DNA from: Amoebidium appalachense
Taxonomy: Eukaryota; Protista; Ichthyosporea
Assembly: GCA_963693365.1 (NCBI GenBank)
Contig: CAVNZM010000013.1
Location: 521,817 to 585,816, forward strand
Reading direction: 5' to 3'
DNA length: 64,000 nucleotides
Shown here: piece by piece, positions 35,641 to 49,865 of the stretch
Position numbering within the stretch: the stretch's first letter is position 1
Layout: each line of letters opens with the position of its first letter
Notes under the pieces: generated by a model
Database searches by the model: none
What the model was told of the DNA's origin: nothing
The model's input: only the letters and a program-made list of their open reading frames with translations
Position numbers and translations under genes: made by a program

Positions 35641-35889
35641 CGGGCCGCCGGCCGGGCGGCAAACATGGACCCCACCACACCCCCTCAACGTAAGCTAAAG
35701 CTCCCCCACATAGTGGAATGGGCTCACATAGGAGACCAACTCTCCCTACGGCAACCAGGCTCTGTACAGGTATCGTGGGTGAAGGGGCACCAATCCAACA
35801 CCAAACGGTACGGTCAACGGAATAACGAGGCAGACAAGGCAGACAATGCAGGAAGAGCCCTCCCCCTCCCCCCCCCCCTACTTCCGGCC

Positions 35890-35922
<33 letters not shown>

Positions 35923-36920
35923 ATACTTCCTACGACTACAAGGCCACCGCATCCCCGGCAACATTCCCGGTACACTGAACCGGTTGAACAAGGACTTCCT
36001 CACCGACATGGCCGGTAAGACCAAGGCTATGTCCATACTAGCCGACCCCAGACTGCTCCCAGCCGAACGGAACCCCCTCAAGCTCAACAAGGGGCCCGCA
36101 CAGGCAACCATCGGGGCCGTCAGAGGAAACATTCGTAGCCTGTCCATGGCCATGGGCACCCTGCCTACCATGGCACGGCTACACCGAGATCACCCCACCG
36201 TCGTTACACAGCGCACATGCCCCCGGTGCAGCCAGCACCCTGAGACCACCACCCACCTCTGGGCCTGCCCGGCCCATACCGGGGAGGTCCCCACCCTGAC
36301 CACGGCCATCACAGCCTGCATCCACAACGTCCTGCACACTCGCCATCCAAACACCCCCACGGCACAGCACCACCATACGGCAGCCACGGTGGTAGACCAA
36401 TGTGCATGGATAAACTGGATAGGAGGCAACGGTGACCCAACAGACCCCGAAGACATGAGGTGGGTCGAACGGGGATTCTGCCCACAATCGGTGGGCCCAC
36501 TACTTGCAGCCACCGGCACCACCAAGACCACCACCCGGGCCATCTTAGGAAAAATCACAGTAGAGTTGCAGTCCTTTTTCTTTTCAAACATTTGGCACCC
36601 ACGGAACACAACACTCCCCCCCCACCCACCCCAAAATGCAAAAACACCACCATATACCCACCACCCGTAGAAAGAAAAGTAAGGCTCCCCAAAAACCCAA
36701 GACACCAACAAATACACCCTCCACACACACCCGGCCGGCCTGTTCTGACTGCCGGAACACACACAGACCCGGTGTGTCCTGTAAAACCCACCTTTTAGTC
36801 CACAAAAACATCGCCACAACATACGTACAACAACACATAATGTTAGGCAGCAACCCCCCCCCCCCAACCACCACCACACCCCATCATCCACCCATACCCA
36901 CCGTAAACACTATACACAAC
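35640..36920 (+). mobile_element. 5'-truncated LINE fragment encoding an RNase H C-terminus and CCHC zinc finger (frameshifted)
   Basis: QVSWVKGHQ...NNEADKA (RNase H), then LPTMARLH...CPRCSQHPETTTHLWAC (zf-RVT type), IW..RN and a CA-rich 3' UTR. Confidence 0.85.
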
Positions 36921-37201
36921 ACCTAGGACTTCCCAAAACTGTAGATCGACCAATGAGAGCCCTCGGTTAACGTTTATTGCTATGTTTGAATGGAGGGGAG
37001 GACTGGAGCCTCCTGCCGGCGTGGCTGGGGTAGTAGCCCTGGGCAAAGTGTGTACTTATAGTTAGGTTGTGAAGGATGGTTTAGCTAGCTGAACTCATAG
37101 ATAGCACCTAACTAGTGTACTGTCGGTGCTGTGTGGTAGACGGTAGTTTCCCTACAGGGCCCGAAAAGGCCCTCCGGGAACAAAACGTGATAAAATAAAA
37201 T

Positions 37202-37672
37202 TTAAAAAAAATAAAAAAATCTTGACGGCAACGGTGTCCAGGTCGACGTCCTTGAGCATCTTGTGGTCCTGGTGCATCCACAGCACGTAACATCCTTGGC
37301 CATGCTGCACACGTAGGGCCACAGGTCAACGGCGTAGGCCACCTCAAAGGGCTCGGGGCGGCGTTGGGACTTGATCTTGATTGTGGTCTTGTCGTAGGCA
37401 GACAGGTGGGTGCCCAGTTCAATCAGCATCTGCCCGTTGATGATGATGTTGGAAAGGTTGTACAGCTGCACCACCAGCACGTCGTTCATGACCCAGGGTG
37501 CACCCATGGTGGCCTTGCCCCCACCTTTAAGGAACACCTCCTTGTACTGCACCATCTTGGGCCCCTCAACGCTGCTGTTGATGTTTTCTTTGCCACTGCT
37601 TGCCGCGGCGATGCTGGTCCTTTTGACGGTGGACAGACCAGTCATTTGACGCAGCAGGGTTGGCTTGACCAT
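37202..37672 (-). pseudogene. Degraded or truncated hypothetical gene
   Basis: GC3-biased coding-like stretch MVKPTLLRQ...DLWPYV continues in another frame as GCYVLWMHQDHKMLKDVDLDTVAVK and ends in an AT-rich tract. No family recognised. Confidence 0.4.
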
Positions 37673-37873
37673 TTTGCTGTTGCTTGGGGGGGGGTGGTGA
37701 ACGTTACTGTGGTGTGCACCTCGACTGTGACTGTCTGGCTCATGTTTGGTTGGTGAGATGTTGCCTGTGTGCGGCTGTTTATGTACACGGCGGTAGGATG
37801 CAGGATGCGTTTCTGGCCAATGAGGACCGTAATCCCTGTTCCCTGTGCCCTCATTGGACACCTAGAACCACAT

Positions 37874-38239
37874 TATATGAGCGTAATCAGCGGCATAGTA
37901 TAGGGGGAGCCATGAGGCTCGGGCAGGGTCTCGGCGGATCTGGTCTCTGCCTATGACTCCAAGTACAAATTCATATGCGTGTGATTGTGGGACAATCTCA
38001 CTCATACATCTCGGCGGCGGGAGTGAGCTCGCCCCGAGCTCATAGCAGTGCGCAGTGGAAAGCGGCTAGGCCATCAGAGGGCGGTCGGGCTGTCTCTGCT
38101 ACCATATATGAGCGTAATCAGCGGCATAGTATAGGGGGAGCCATGAGGCTCGGGCAGGGTCTCGGCGGATCTGGTCTCTGCCTATGACTCCAAGTACAAA
38201 TTCATATGCGTGTGATTGTGGGACAATCTCACTCATACA
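37874..38239. repeat. 135-bp direct repeat pair (37874-38008, 38105-38239)
   Basis: Identical TATATGAGCGTAATCAGCGG...GACAATCTCACTCATACA blocks, offset 231 bp. Confidence 0.95.
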
Positions 38240-38760
38240 ACATGTGCCAGTCTATATTCCGATTGGACGCCTTGTGCGGCAATTAGCTTTTTGAGCCGAA
38301 GTATCATTGGCCGCCCTGCGCAACCGTAATACCATTGGACGCCTTGTACATGGAATTCAGAATTCGAATTCCTATTGGACGCCTTGCGCAAACCTTCGCA
38401 TTCCTTTGATCCGCACTTGTGTACGCACCACACGTACGCGTACACATACGCGTACACGTGACACGCCCTCTCTCTCTCTCTCTCTTTAATTGTTTAATCA
38501 TTTAATTAAAACCAAGTGCTCTGCACGTGTTTCACACACACACAGTGTGTGTGCACGTGCTCATGTACATATCTGCACTCATATCTCATATCCATATCGC
38601 GATATGTGTACACAGATATCACATATCCGATATGCCACATATGCCATATATCCTGAGGGGGGCGGGACCGCGTGAATGTGACGTCACTTGTGACGTCACC
38701 ATTCACGGGGTGCCGCCCCCTAATTGTAGTCGGGGGGGGGGGGGGGGGGGGGGGGGAGGG

Positions 38761-38949
<189 letters not shown>

Positions 38950-39534
38950 TGGAAAAGGGAGAGAGCACAAAGAAGGAAAGCAGACACGAATACAAACAAA
39001 GCTAAGACACATACATACTTCAAGGCTCTTGCTGTCATATGTAGTAACGTATTCCAACAGGGAGTGAGCCGGCGTGCAAGCCTAGACTAAGTACTGTGTT
39101 CGTAAAGCACTGTAGAGTACTACTATACCATCACTATTATTAATACTTGTACTATGATCGTATATATCGTATTGTGTAACCTGGGTTGTAGATGTTCCGC
39201 ATCTACTGCAACACTTACTTTGTAGATGTTCGTTCGTTCGTTGCCATACCAGCGCGCCTGATACCAGTGCGCACTGAAAAACTGCCGAAAAACCAATATC
39301 TACTCTAAGACGTTTTAAGATGACTATCCTAGATCACCATATTAATGCTGCACAGTATGATATTGTGATCCGGTGCCTTAACTTTCTGTCGGAGCTACCG
39401 ATGCTAGCATCTGCTTACCCATAATATGTAATAGGGGTGTCAGATACTACGATGGCGCTCATTGTTGCCTAGCATGTACATATGTCAGGGGTTTACGCTG
39501 TTTACTCGAGGCAAAGAGAACCAGTCTCAGGTAT

Positions 39535-39684
39535 GGGGGGGGGGGGTTTGCTCGGAATATCCCCTCAGCGGTATATCATGATCACGTACATAGATGTCGG
39601 GTGGTGACTATATATCAGGGTTTACTTTCTCTACGAGACACCATAAAGACTACAAGGAGAAAATTCAATTAGTTGGGGTTCCCC

Positions 39685-39727
<43 letters not shown>

Positions 39728-39759
39728 GGGCTCCCCTCGGGACACTCGGTATCAGCTGG

Positions 39760-39818
<59 letters not shown>

Positions 39819-41034
39819 TGTGCTATAATTTTGCAGTGATGTGTTTCTCAAGCCAATCAATACATCTAATAAACAGGTCGTAGTTACGCGTGTTTAGTAT
39901 AAAATCAAGGATGTTGTAATTTACAGGTAGGCTATCTTTCTGGGTGTCTGTTGTGAATGTGACGTGTGTGTGTTGCGGTATTATGTGGTCTATCAAACTA
40001 CATTTGGCGATACATGACCGGTTAAACTGGTGTGTGTGTGTGTTGTTTGGGCATGCAAATGATGCCACCTTATACTTATTAGATCTCCACTGTATAGCAC
40101 GTGTACAGTAAAAGCGTGGTAATTGATCAATAATACCATCAGCTAGAGAAAGACCAGTTCTACAGGAAGGTAATATGTATTTAGGTGTTATACACTTGCG
40201 AGTGCCATATTTGGCAATATGGTTGAGGCGGTCAGTATATATAAAACGAGACATAAGGCTTAGTTTTTCAAGGTGTATGCTTTCATCGGGTCTAGTGTCG
40301 TGTGGTATCTTTTTCCATTTGTTATATTGCGTGATTATCTTGTGATTGTGTACATGTTTAATAAGTAAGTGGCAGTCCAAAGTCACACACACACTATTGC
40401 GGGGTTTATTTGTATTTGTGCCCAGGGGAGAAGGGGAGAGAGAGGGGAGGAAAGAGGGGAGAGGTGAGGAGGGGACAGGTCGGATAGAGAAGAGAGGGTG
40501 GGAGGGCAAATACTTCTTTAAGCGGCTTATGTGCTTATTGAATTTCAGCGCGAGATAGGATACTCTAGCAGCTATTGGGACCAGACCATATATCGAGAGC
40601 GTTACAGGCCCAGGTTTACAACAGTTGTTAGATAGAAAGGAGGCAACTTCTGCTTCAAGGAAATTTGCCAAGGGTTTAAGCGCTCTAGTTCTCTCTTTCT
40701 TGATCCAAGCGGCGAGAAGGGGTAAACCATATTCACATGCCGGGAAGACAAAAGTGCGAATAAATGTAAGTCTAATAGAAGGATGGAGGGGTGTGTCTTT
40801 AAAAATATTAGCCGAGAAGAAAGCTAACCGCTTACGAGCCAACTCTACCCTCTTTTCGACCATATGGGGAAACATAACACCAACAGAATCAACCGGAACA
40901 CCAAGATATTTGTATTCTGGAACTATAGGTACAGGTTTAGATGATAATGTAAATGTGTGTAAATTGTTAGCTATATCAGGTACAAGAACACCACATTTGT
41001 CTATGTTAAGGATCATAAGGTTTGCCTTGCACCA
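39535..41034 (-). mobile_element. Non-LTR RT element copy 2, 5'-truncated inside RT, ending in poly(C)
   Basis: The 397-aa ORF 39823-41016 is identical to the C-terminus of copy 1, with the same 3' UTR and G-run at 39535-39546. Confidence 0.95.
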
Positions 41035-41213
41035 TATATGTCACTGGCTGCATTTGATTGGCTGTGCTGGAAAACGCAGTAGGCCGTCGAATGTGGCTGG
41101 GCCTCCGGCAATGTCCACGCAATAAAAAGTGTGTAAACCCCACTTTTTATTACGTGCTGAGGCCCGTGGGTGCCGCGCCCCCCCCCCCCCCCCCCCCCCC
41201 CCCCCACCCCCCG

Positions 41214-41244
<31 letters not shown>

Positions 41245-41351
41245 ATCCCCCTATCCCCCCCCCCCCCCCCCCCCCCCCCCCACCCCCACCCCCCCCCCCC
41301 CCCCCCCCCCGCCCCTTCTCCCCCCCCCCTCCCCCCCCACCCCCCCCCCCG

Positions 41352-41384
<33 letters not shown>

Positions 41385-42245
41385 ACACCCAATCATGAAG
41401 GTGCAACCGCGCCGCGGGGCGCGGCTGAGCCGCGGGGCGCGGCTTAGCGCGCCGCGGGACAGAGGGCCAGAGTCTGCTCCACCACCCCCGTCCCCCCCAG
41501 ACCCCCGTCCCCCCCCCAGGCCCCTCCCCCGAGACCCTCCCCCGAGACCCCGGGGGCCGCGAGGGCGGCGCGCGGGTCGGGCCGGGCGCCGGGCGCCGTG
41601 CTCCGCCGGGGCCTGTGTATACACCTGTGTGCGGCTCTTCGCGATTCGATTCGAACCTTACCAAGTCCCTCGCCCAATCCAAAATCGGTACTCCCTCTTC
41701 AGCGAATCGGTAATCAGCAATACAGTGATTGGTTAATCTTTATGTATTACCATATATAGCTTGTCTAAAAATTAACTGATTGGTTTGTAGCTTTTTTGCC
41801 AAGGCCAATCAGAAGCACGCATGTTTTACGTAAAAACAAGTTCGAAAGTTGCCAGTTGGCAGCGAGAAAAACAATGTATTACAGAAATATTATCGCAAAA
41901 AATAATTATTCCTCTCACTAAAAGTGATCCTAGCGCATTTTTTCTCTTTCTTTCTTTCTTTGCTTTGTTTTGTGCTGACCTTGTACAATCAGGCATTCTT
42001 CTTGTCGATACACGTCGGAGCAATGTATACGTAACTCAGGAATGCAGGCCGTTAGCGCGTGGGTAAGGTACATAAACAGCCGCGAGCAATCATTCCAACC
42101 CAGTTGACCACAACGTCGCAAACCTACACTTACCACTGCCGACTCGCATCCACAAAACGCACGCACACACACACACACAAACATACACGCACACGTTCAC
42201 ACCCACGCATCGTCAACTAAGCAACTAGCTCAACCACCTGAAAAA

Positions 42246-42901
42246 ATGGCGATTCTCCACACCCTCCTCGCCGCCGCGGCTCTACTTTCTGCCAGCGCCA
42301 CCGCCTACAATGTTCCATGCAACGACATTGTCTACTGCGCCAACTACAAGACAAACGGCTACGGCAGCATACTCACATGTGACCCGAACCCCTCCGGCAC
42401 CCCCCCTGCGTGCAGCCCCACCTACTGCTGCCAAGTTGCCCCTCCCCCCCCTCCCCCGCCCCCTCCAAGCACGAGCTCTTTCGTCACGTGTAACACGAAG
42501 ACTCCGAAGGGTTCAAAACAGACCCGAAAACCGGGGGGATAATGCGTTGCAAGCCCAGAGCGGGCACAAGCAAACCATGTTCGCAAGATTTCTGCTGCAA
42601 GCCATCTTCCTCCTCTTTCGTTTTGTGCAACGCAAAGGTTTCGTGCCCCAACGGATACAACAGCGACCCGAAAGTCGGAGGAATGCGTAGGTGCAAGACG
42701 TGGGCAGGGACAACACAGCCGTGCAACAACGCCTACTGCTGCAGGCCATATGCACCCCAGCCCCAGGCAAACGCTTCGTGCAACAAGTACGTGTCGTGCA
42801 ATCAGTACTGGTATGATAATTACGGACACATTGCTACGTGTGATTACCTCATCCCGGGTTCGCCTTCGCCTTGCAATGCACTCAATTGCTGCCAGTCATA
42901 A
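42246..42901 (+). CDS. Secreted Cys-rich protein with four C..C..C..C-x4-CC modules and a Pro linker; frameshift near 42500-42512
   Basis: Signal peptide MAILHTLLAAAALLSASATA. Module 2 realigns with module 3 (GFKTDPKTGGIMRC vs GYNSDPKVGGMRRC) once the frame is shifted. Confidence 0.8.
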
Positions 42902-43600
42902 CGACACTGTAAGTAAGACCGTAAGGGTGTTAAATGATCACCAACCTTCCGTTGATAGCTTAAAGTTTATTTTCGAGTAGGATTTGTCAATGATGCACAG
43001 GAGAATTGTTTCTGTGTATACCACCTGCAAATTTCATATACATACATGAGGTTGTACTTACTATGTACATGCCCCTCCACATTGGCATCAATAGCCATCA
43101 CGGTGACAAGTTGCTTTCGAATCATCTTCAATTCACGAAGTACTTTTATCAAATTGGCATATTTTTTTACTGACCAGGCCTGATGTGACGTGTATCCACG
43201 AATTCTTTTTTTGTCCTCAATCACTGCACTGTGACTTGGCTGAATCGAATATATATACCACTACATTAGCATGCTTGAAATATTTCGCCGCAGTCATTGT
43301 TTTCTGGTGGGGCTGGTACCCACCCAACGTCATTGATTTTGAGAATTAGACCACAAGCAACAATTTATAGTATTAAAAACTTTCACGTTATCATACTGAT
43401 GAATCTCACATGTTCATGAGACGCAGTCGCCGGCTGGGCTGTTGTGGGAGTAATCGGTAAAGGAAGGCAAGCAGAATGCACACATGGGTTTTTGGGGGGG
43501 GGATGGAAGGGGGAAGGGGGGGGAGGGGGGAGGGAGTGAGGGAGTGAAAGAGGGTGGGTGGGTGGGAGGGTTGGAGGGAGGTGGAGAGAGATGGATAGAG

Positions 43601-43675
<75 letters not shown>

Positions 43676-43774
43676 TAGAGAGAGGGAGAGAGACCAGAGA
43701 GAGAGAGAAACTCGCCTGAGACTAGAGAAAGAGAGAGAGAGAGAAAGAGAGAGAGGGGGGGGGGGGGGGGGGGG

Positions 43775-43815
<41 letters not shown>

Positions 43816-44274
43816 GGGGGGAGGCTCAGGGAGAGAATAGGAGGGGGGGGGGGGGGGGGGAGTTTAATTTGTGAAGAAATGAGAGAAGGAGGCACATCAT
43901 GGATGGGTCATCTGTATACTACAGGAAAGACACTGTCGAATTGGGGGGAGAAGGCTGTGACATTTGATGAAAAATTAAAAATTGAGAATTAAAATCATTA
44001 TAAAAAATAAAATTATTGTGTAAACACGTGTGTCGTCACGTTTTTATGAGGTGGTTGTAAGCAGGAGAGAGAATCAGTGTGGCATTGAAGCAGAGGGAGT
44101 GGGTTGATGTTGCAGAGTTAAACGTACAACCAGAAGAACAACCGGTTAACCGCGAGAAGGTATAAATTTAGACAACATGTGGGCCACAGAGGGCTCCGGG
44201 GCGGGGGGGGGGGAGGGAGGGGGCAAAGGGAAGGGACATCCGAGATGGCGGTGTTGGCAACCAAGACCCTGTTT

Positions 44275-44314
<40 letters not shown>

Positions 44315-45207
44315 ACCCCCCCCCTCACACACACACACACACACATTCTCTCTCTCTCTCTCTCCGATCATCGAGTCTCTCTCTAGCTCTCTCTCTCTCC
44401 CCTCTCTCTAGATGGGCCCCCCTACCCCCATATCTCTCTCGCTCTCCGTCCCTGCTCAACCCCCTCCACATTTGCACACACACTCTCATTTTTTCTCTCT
44501 CTTTCTGCCCCTTCTCCTCAATCACTAACTGAAGCCACCTCTTTATCTCGGAGTCTCTCTGGACCCCCCTCCCCTCCTCCCCCCACACAGGCCTTCTCCA
44601 TCCCCACCTAATCCCCCCCCCCCCCCCGGCCCTCCCCCACTTTACCCTCCATGCATGCAAGGAATAATCACACGTATACCCGATATGTTTATGAAGTTAT
44701 ACTTAACACTGAATTGGATATAACACTGTATAACCTCGAGAACAAGTGTCCTCTCATCACTGAGTGTACATAACAGAATTTTACTAACATTTTAGACATA
44801 AGTAGTAGTTGTATTCAACTAATACTATACACGTATATGTCGTGATATTGGGAACCCTACATACCGTATATAAAGATATACACGTAAGCTTCCATAAAAT
44901 GGATACTATTGCTAAAATTAACAAGTTGCAATTCCTGTGTGGAACCAAACTTTTACAGCACGGGTGTAATACATGAAAGGCCCTAAACGGCCCGGTTTTG
45001 GTTTACATTTTGGTATATACATTCTCGGTTTGCCAACACTATGCCATACTACCATGCAACCCCAAAACGCCCGCTTTTCGACATTCAAATACCCCCGGCA
45101 TGTCTTTTTCCCATTTTGCCTCGCCAAGTGCCCCTTTGCAGTCAGAAAAGAAGAAGAAAGAAGAAACAAAACTCACTTCACCCCCCCCCCCCCCCCTCCC
45201 CCCACCC

Positions 45208-45311
<104 letters not shown>

Positions 45312-45478
45312 TCTGGCGCCCCCGACTTGGGCAGAACACAGCACTCGTCGTGTCCACAACTTGAAATACATATATACTACTCTCAGGAAAAAATTGAAAA
45401 CAACAACAAGCAAATAAAGCATTTTTATTTAAATTAACCTAGTGCAATATAATTTACTTTTAAATTTTACTTTTAACC

Positions 45479-45939
45479 CTACATGGGTAGAACCTCCACC
45501 GTAAACGTCACCTCAGCGGCCGCGACGCAAATTCCGTTCTCGCACCCGTTCGACGTCTCCACGATAGACCACTTGTTCTTTCCCCTTCCAGAATTTACCA
45601 GACCGTCAAAGCGTGCCTTTGCGCCAATCGCCGCTTTTTGAACCATGGCTTCGAAAATGGCACGGAACGACAGAGGCATGTTTGGGAATTGTGCAGGGGC
45701 ATCGCCGGCTGATAACTGGAAATGGGTGTGTGAGATTGAGATTGTGATTGGAATTTTGGAAGGTGGTGTGGTAATGGCGTGCATGCTGAGGAATCTCGGT
45801 TTGTGGGGGGGTAGTTAGGTTATAATGTGATAGAGTGGACTTTTTTGGATAAAGAGCAGGAACATGAAAGGGAAATTTAACACCCAGAGAGGGGAAGGGG
45901 GAAGGGGGGGGGGGGGGGGGGGGACGTATGTGTGTGTGG

Positions 45940-45981
<42 letters not shown>

Positions 45982-46498
45982 GTGTTAATGCACACGTATT
46001 CTGTGTGCCCTCAAGCGTGTCTTTGTGGGTGTGGTGGTGAAAGTTACAGTCTGTCTCTCTCTCGGGCTCTTTTTCAGTTTTTGGGTGGAAGGGGTGGGGG
46101 GGAGAAGTGTGAAAGGTTGGGTGGGGGTGGAGGAGAGAGAGGGGAAGGGTGTGTGTGTGGTGGTGGGGGGGGGGGGGGGGGGGGGGGGGGGGAGGGGGGG
46201 GAGGGGGGGGAGGGGGGAAGGGGGGGAGGGCGGGGAGGGGGAGGGGAGGATGACCAGTGAGGGCCAGAGAGGGACGGCCCGGGTCTTGCTCAATCCAGGA
46301 CCACTCAGTGTGTCGATCTGAAATTGAAATGAAATGTTGAGGCATTAATTCGAAACTACAATGGAATCATCAGGTGTTGATCTGAGATTGAAATGGAACG
46401 ATGGGTTGGCGGTGTCTTGTGGTTTTATCTGCACATAGTTTTCTTTGTTCATTTATTTTTCTTTTTTTTTCTTTCTTTCTTTCTTTTTTTTTTTTTTT

Positions 46499-46548
<50 letters not shown>

Positions 46549-47327
46549 TCGTGTCAGTAGTTAGGAACCCTAAGGAACAATAGAAGTAAACCTCCACGGG
46601 GGATGTAAAGGCGGGTTTCGGGGCGGCGGGGGGGGGGGGGGGGGGGGGGGGAGGGCAGGTGGGGACGGGGTGGGGTGGGGTGGGGTGTCAGGCCATTCAT
46701 TGAAAGTGGAAGGTTGGGGCGGGGGGAGGGGGGAGGTTCGGAAGAGGGGAGGGGAGTGTGTGCATATGGGTTTGTGTGTGTGTGTGTGGCGGGGGGGGGG
46801 GGGGGGGGGGGGGGGGGAGGGGGGGGAGAGGGGAGGAATGTGGGAAGATGGCAGGGAGGTGTGTGTGTGTCTATATGAAGGTGGTGGTGTTTATGTCTTT
46901 GTGTATGTGTGTCTGCATGAAGGTAGCGGTGTGTATGTCTTTCTGTGTGTGTGTCTGCATGAAGGTGGCGGTGTGTATGTCTTTGTGTGTGCATGTTTGT
47001 GGGGGAGGGGCGGTGGGGAGGGAAGGCGGGAGGAAGACGGGGAAGAAGGGGAGAATGGGGGATAGGAGGGCAGGGGGGCAGGGGGGGGGGGGGGGGGGGG
47101 GGGAGGGGGAGGGGAGGGGGGGGGGGGGGGGGGGGGTAGGATTTTCATATATGTACCTGTCGTTGGCACGCACCAAACCATCCTGTGCATATTGTATCCA
47201 TGTCCCACATCTGAACCTCAATATCTACCGTTGAAGGTGTACCTGGGGTGTACGCACGTGCAAAGATCCACCCGTTGCTGTCTATGCCGCTCTGGGGGTA
47301 GACCACGGATTGTGTGGCTGTGTGCGT

Positions 47328-47372
<45 letters not shown>

Positions 47373-47487
47373 AGTAGTATGTGGGACTGGAGGAGGCAGG
47401 CAGGGGGGCGGGGAGGGGGGGGGGGGGAGGGGGAGGGATGGAGGGGGTAGGGGGAGGGGAGAGGAGGGGAAGGAGGGGTTAATGTGT

Positions 47488-47529
<42 letters not shown>

Positions 47530-47651
47530 GACGTATCATAATGTGCGTGCGTGGTTAACATAGGGGGTGGCAGAGGTGAGGCCAGTGGGGAGAGGGGGGG
47601 GGGGGGGGGGAAGGCTCATTAAGGGAAAAGGGGACGGGGGAGCGGGGGAGT

Positions 47652-47685
<34 letters not shown>

Positions 47686-48106
47686 CGGGCGCTGAATTAC
47701 ATCAGAGAATATACATGCATTGTGGTTGAAGCTTGGCAATGTTACTGTTTGTGCAACTTTTGGCTGTTAAAAATGGTTATGGGTACTTGTTTATGTGCAT
47801 TTGAGATGCGTGACATTCATGTGTGTTGGTAACATATGTTTTTATGGATAGAGCCCAAATCACAATCATGTTCATTCAAAGTTCAAGACCAATTAGGTTT
47901 AATAACATTCTTTGATATGGTACTGCATCTATGACACCTTTATGCAGTGCACTGGGGACATGCCATGTTTACGTGTGTGTATTCGAAATAGATTTAATAG
48001 ATAGATACTTTATAATCGGGGGTTTGGAACCGTGGAAGTGATGTCAGGACACTCGTGGGAGTGGAGAGGGGGGCCGAGAGGGTGTTTGTGTGCGTGTGTG
48101 TACTCC

Positions 48107-48152
<46 letters not shown>

Positions 48153-48281
48153 CGGGGGGGGATGAGGAGGGGGTGTTCTATTTCTGGTTGGTTGTTCTGT
48201 TTCTTCCTCATCTTCTTCCTCTTCTCCTTTCCTTTTTTATTTATTTATTTATTTATTATTGCTATTATTATCATCATTATG

Positions 48282-48315
<34 letters not shown>

Positions 48316-48739
48316 TTAATTATTATTATTTTTATTACTATTATTATTTTTATTATCATTATTCATTATTCGGGGGGGGGGGGGGGGGGGGGGAGGTGGG
48401 GGGGGGAAGGAGGGGACACTTACATGCATGGCCCCGCTGCGAAAGGTTGATATCGCTCTCTCCGATCCGAACTTTCGGGAAAAACGAAGCGTCACGCGTC
48501 TTTGCAATATCATTAAAAATAGACGACGTGATTCCTTTACACCTCTCATACCACCTACAATTTCTCGTTCCTTTTTTCTCTTCAACTTTGTCGATGCGGA
48601 CAAAAACTGTCCGGATTTGTTTTGGGGAACCCTCGGGCGCGGTAACGGCTTCCATGAAGCGACGGAGCATGGCGGCGGAAAGAATTACGGACATGCGGGT
48701 GAGCACACGTGCGGCCTGTGTATGTGTGTGTATGTGTGT

Positions 48740-48779
<40 letters not shown>

Positions 48780-48887
48780 GAGTGGAGGGGTGGCTGGGTG
48801 GGTGAGAGGAAAGGGGGGAGGGAGGGGGAGACATCGGTGGGTGAGAATGGCGAGGGGGGAAGGCTGGGTGAGGGAGAGAGGGTGTAT

Positions 48888-48954
<67 letters not shown>

Positions 48955-49823
48955 CCCGTGCGCAGGTTTTTTTTTTTTTTTTTTTTTTTTTGGGGAGGGG
49001 GGGGGGGGGGGGGGGGAGGGGGGGGGGTATTTGTGTCTGTGTGCGCGTGTGTGTATGAGCATTGGTGGGTATACGTGGTTTTTTGTCAAGGTGTGTTAAC
49101 ATATTAGTGCACGGCTGTATATATGTATGTATGTGTGTTTTGTGAACTTTTCTACGTGTTTCTATAAGCATAATCACCGAAGTGTGTGTATATGCTATGT
49201 CTGTGCCAGTGGGTATGTGTAACATGGAGGGAGTATGGCGTGTGGTAAATGGAAGGGCAAATAAAAAGGTGACTTTTTATTTTATTTTATTTTTATTTAT
49301 TTTATTTTTGGGGGGGGGGGAGGGGGAGGGCTGCTTAATGTTTTGAGGGAGATCTACAGCTCTAAGTCTATAGCTATAAGTATATAAGCCTAGGGGAAAG
49401 GTCGGGCAGGAAGGGGGGGGGGGGGGGGGGGGGGGGGAAGGGGGAGGTCACCTGTAGTTGGTTGTTTCTTTCGTTACTTGCCGTAGACGCAACACGGGTG
49501 CTCGATATCCCGGCAGCGGCGGCCACAAACTGGGACGGAACCCAATTTTCGGTGTTTTCAAAGTTGGAATTCATACTTTCGAACGGATTTTTCGGGAATT
49601 GCGCAGCCGTGGTTGCGCCGGTGAGGGGGTCTGTGTTCGGCAAAGTGTCGTAGACGCCGTCGACGTAATCTTCGTAGTCGACATGATTACATTTCGGGTT
49701 CTGGGGGGGGGGGGTGGGGGTCTATGTTGAATTTTTGACGAGATGGAGTGAAAGAACAGGGTTCTACTACGGTACTGCACATATCCCAGTTCATATATTT
49801 CGTTTACATATATTTCGTTCTCT

Positions 49824-49865
<42 letters not shown>

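Noticed and set aside
41400-41610. GC-rich block as rRNA or coding sequence
   Set aside because: No conserved rRNA motifs; low-complexity CCGCGG repeats only.
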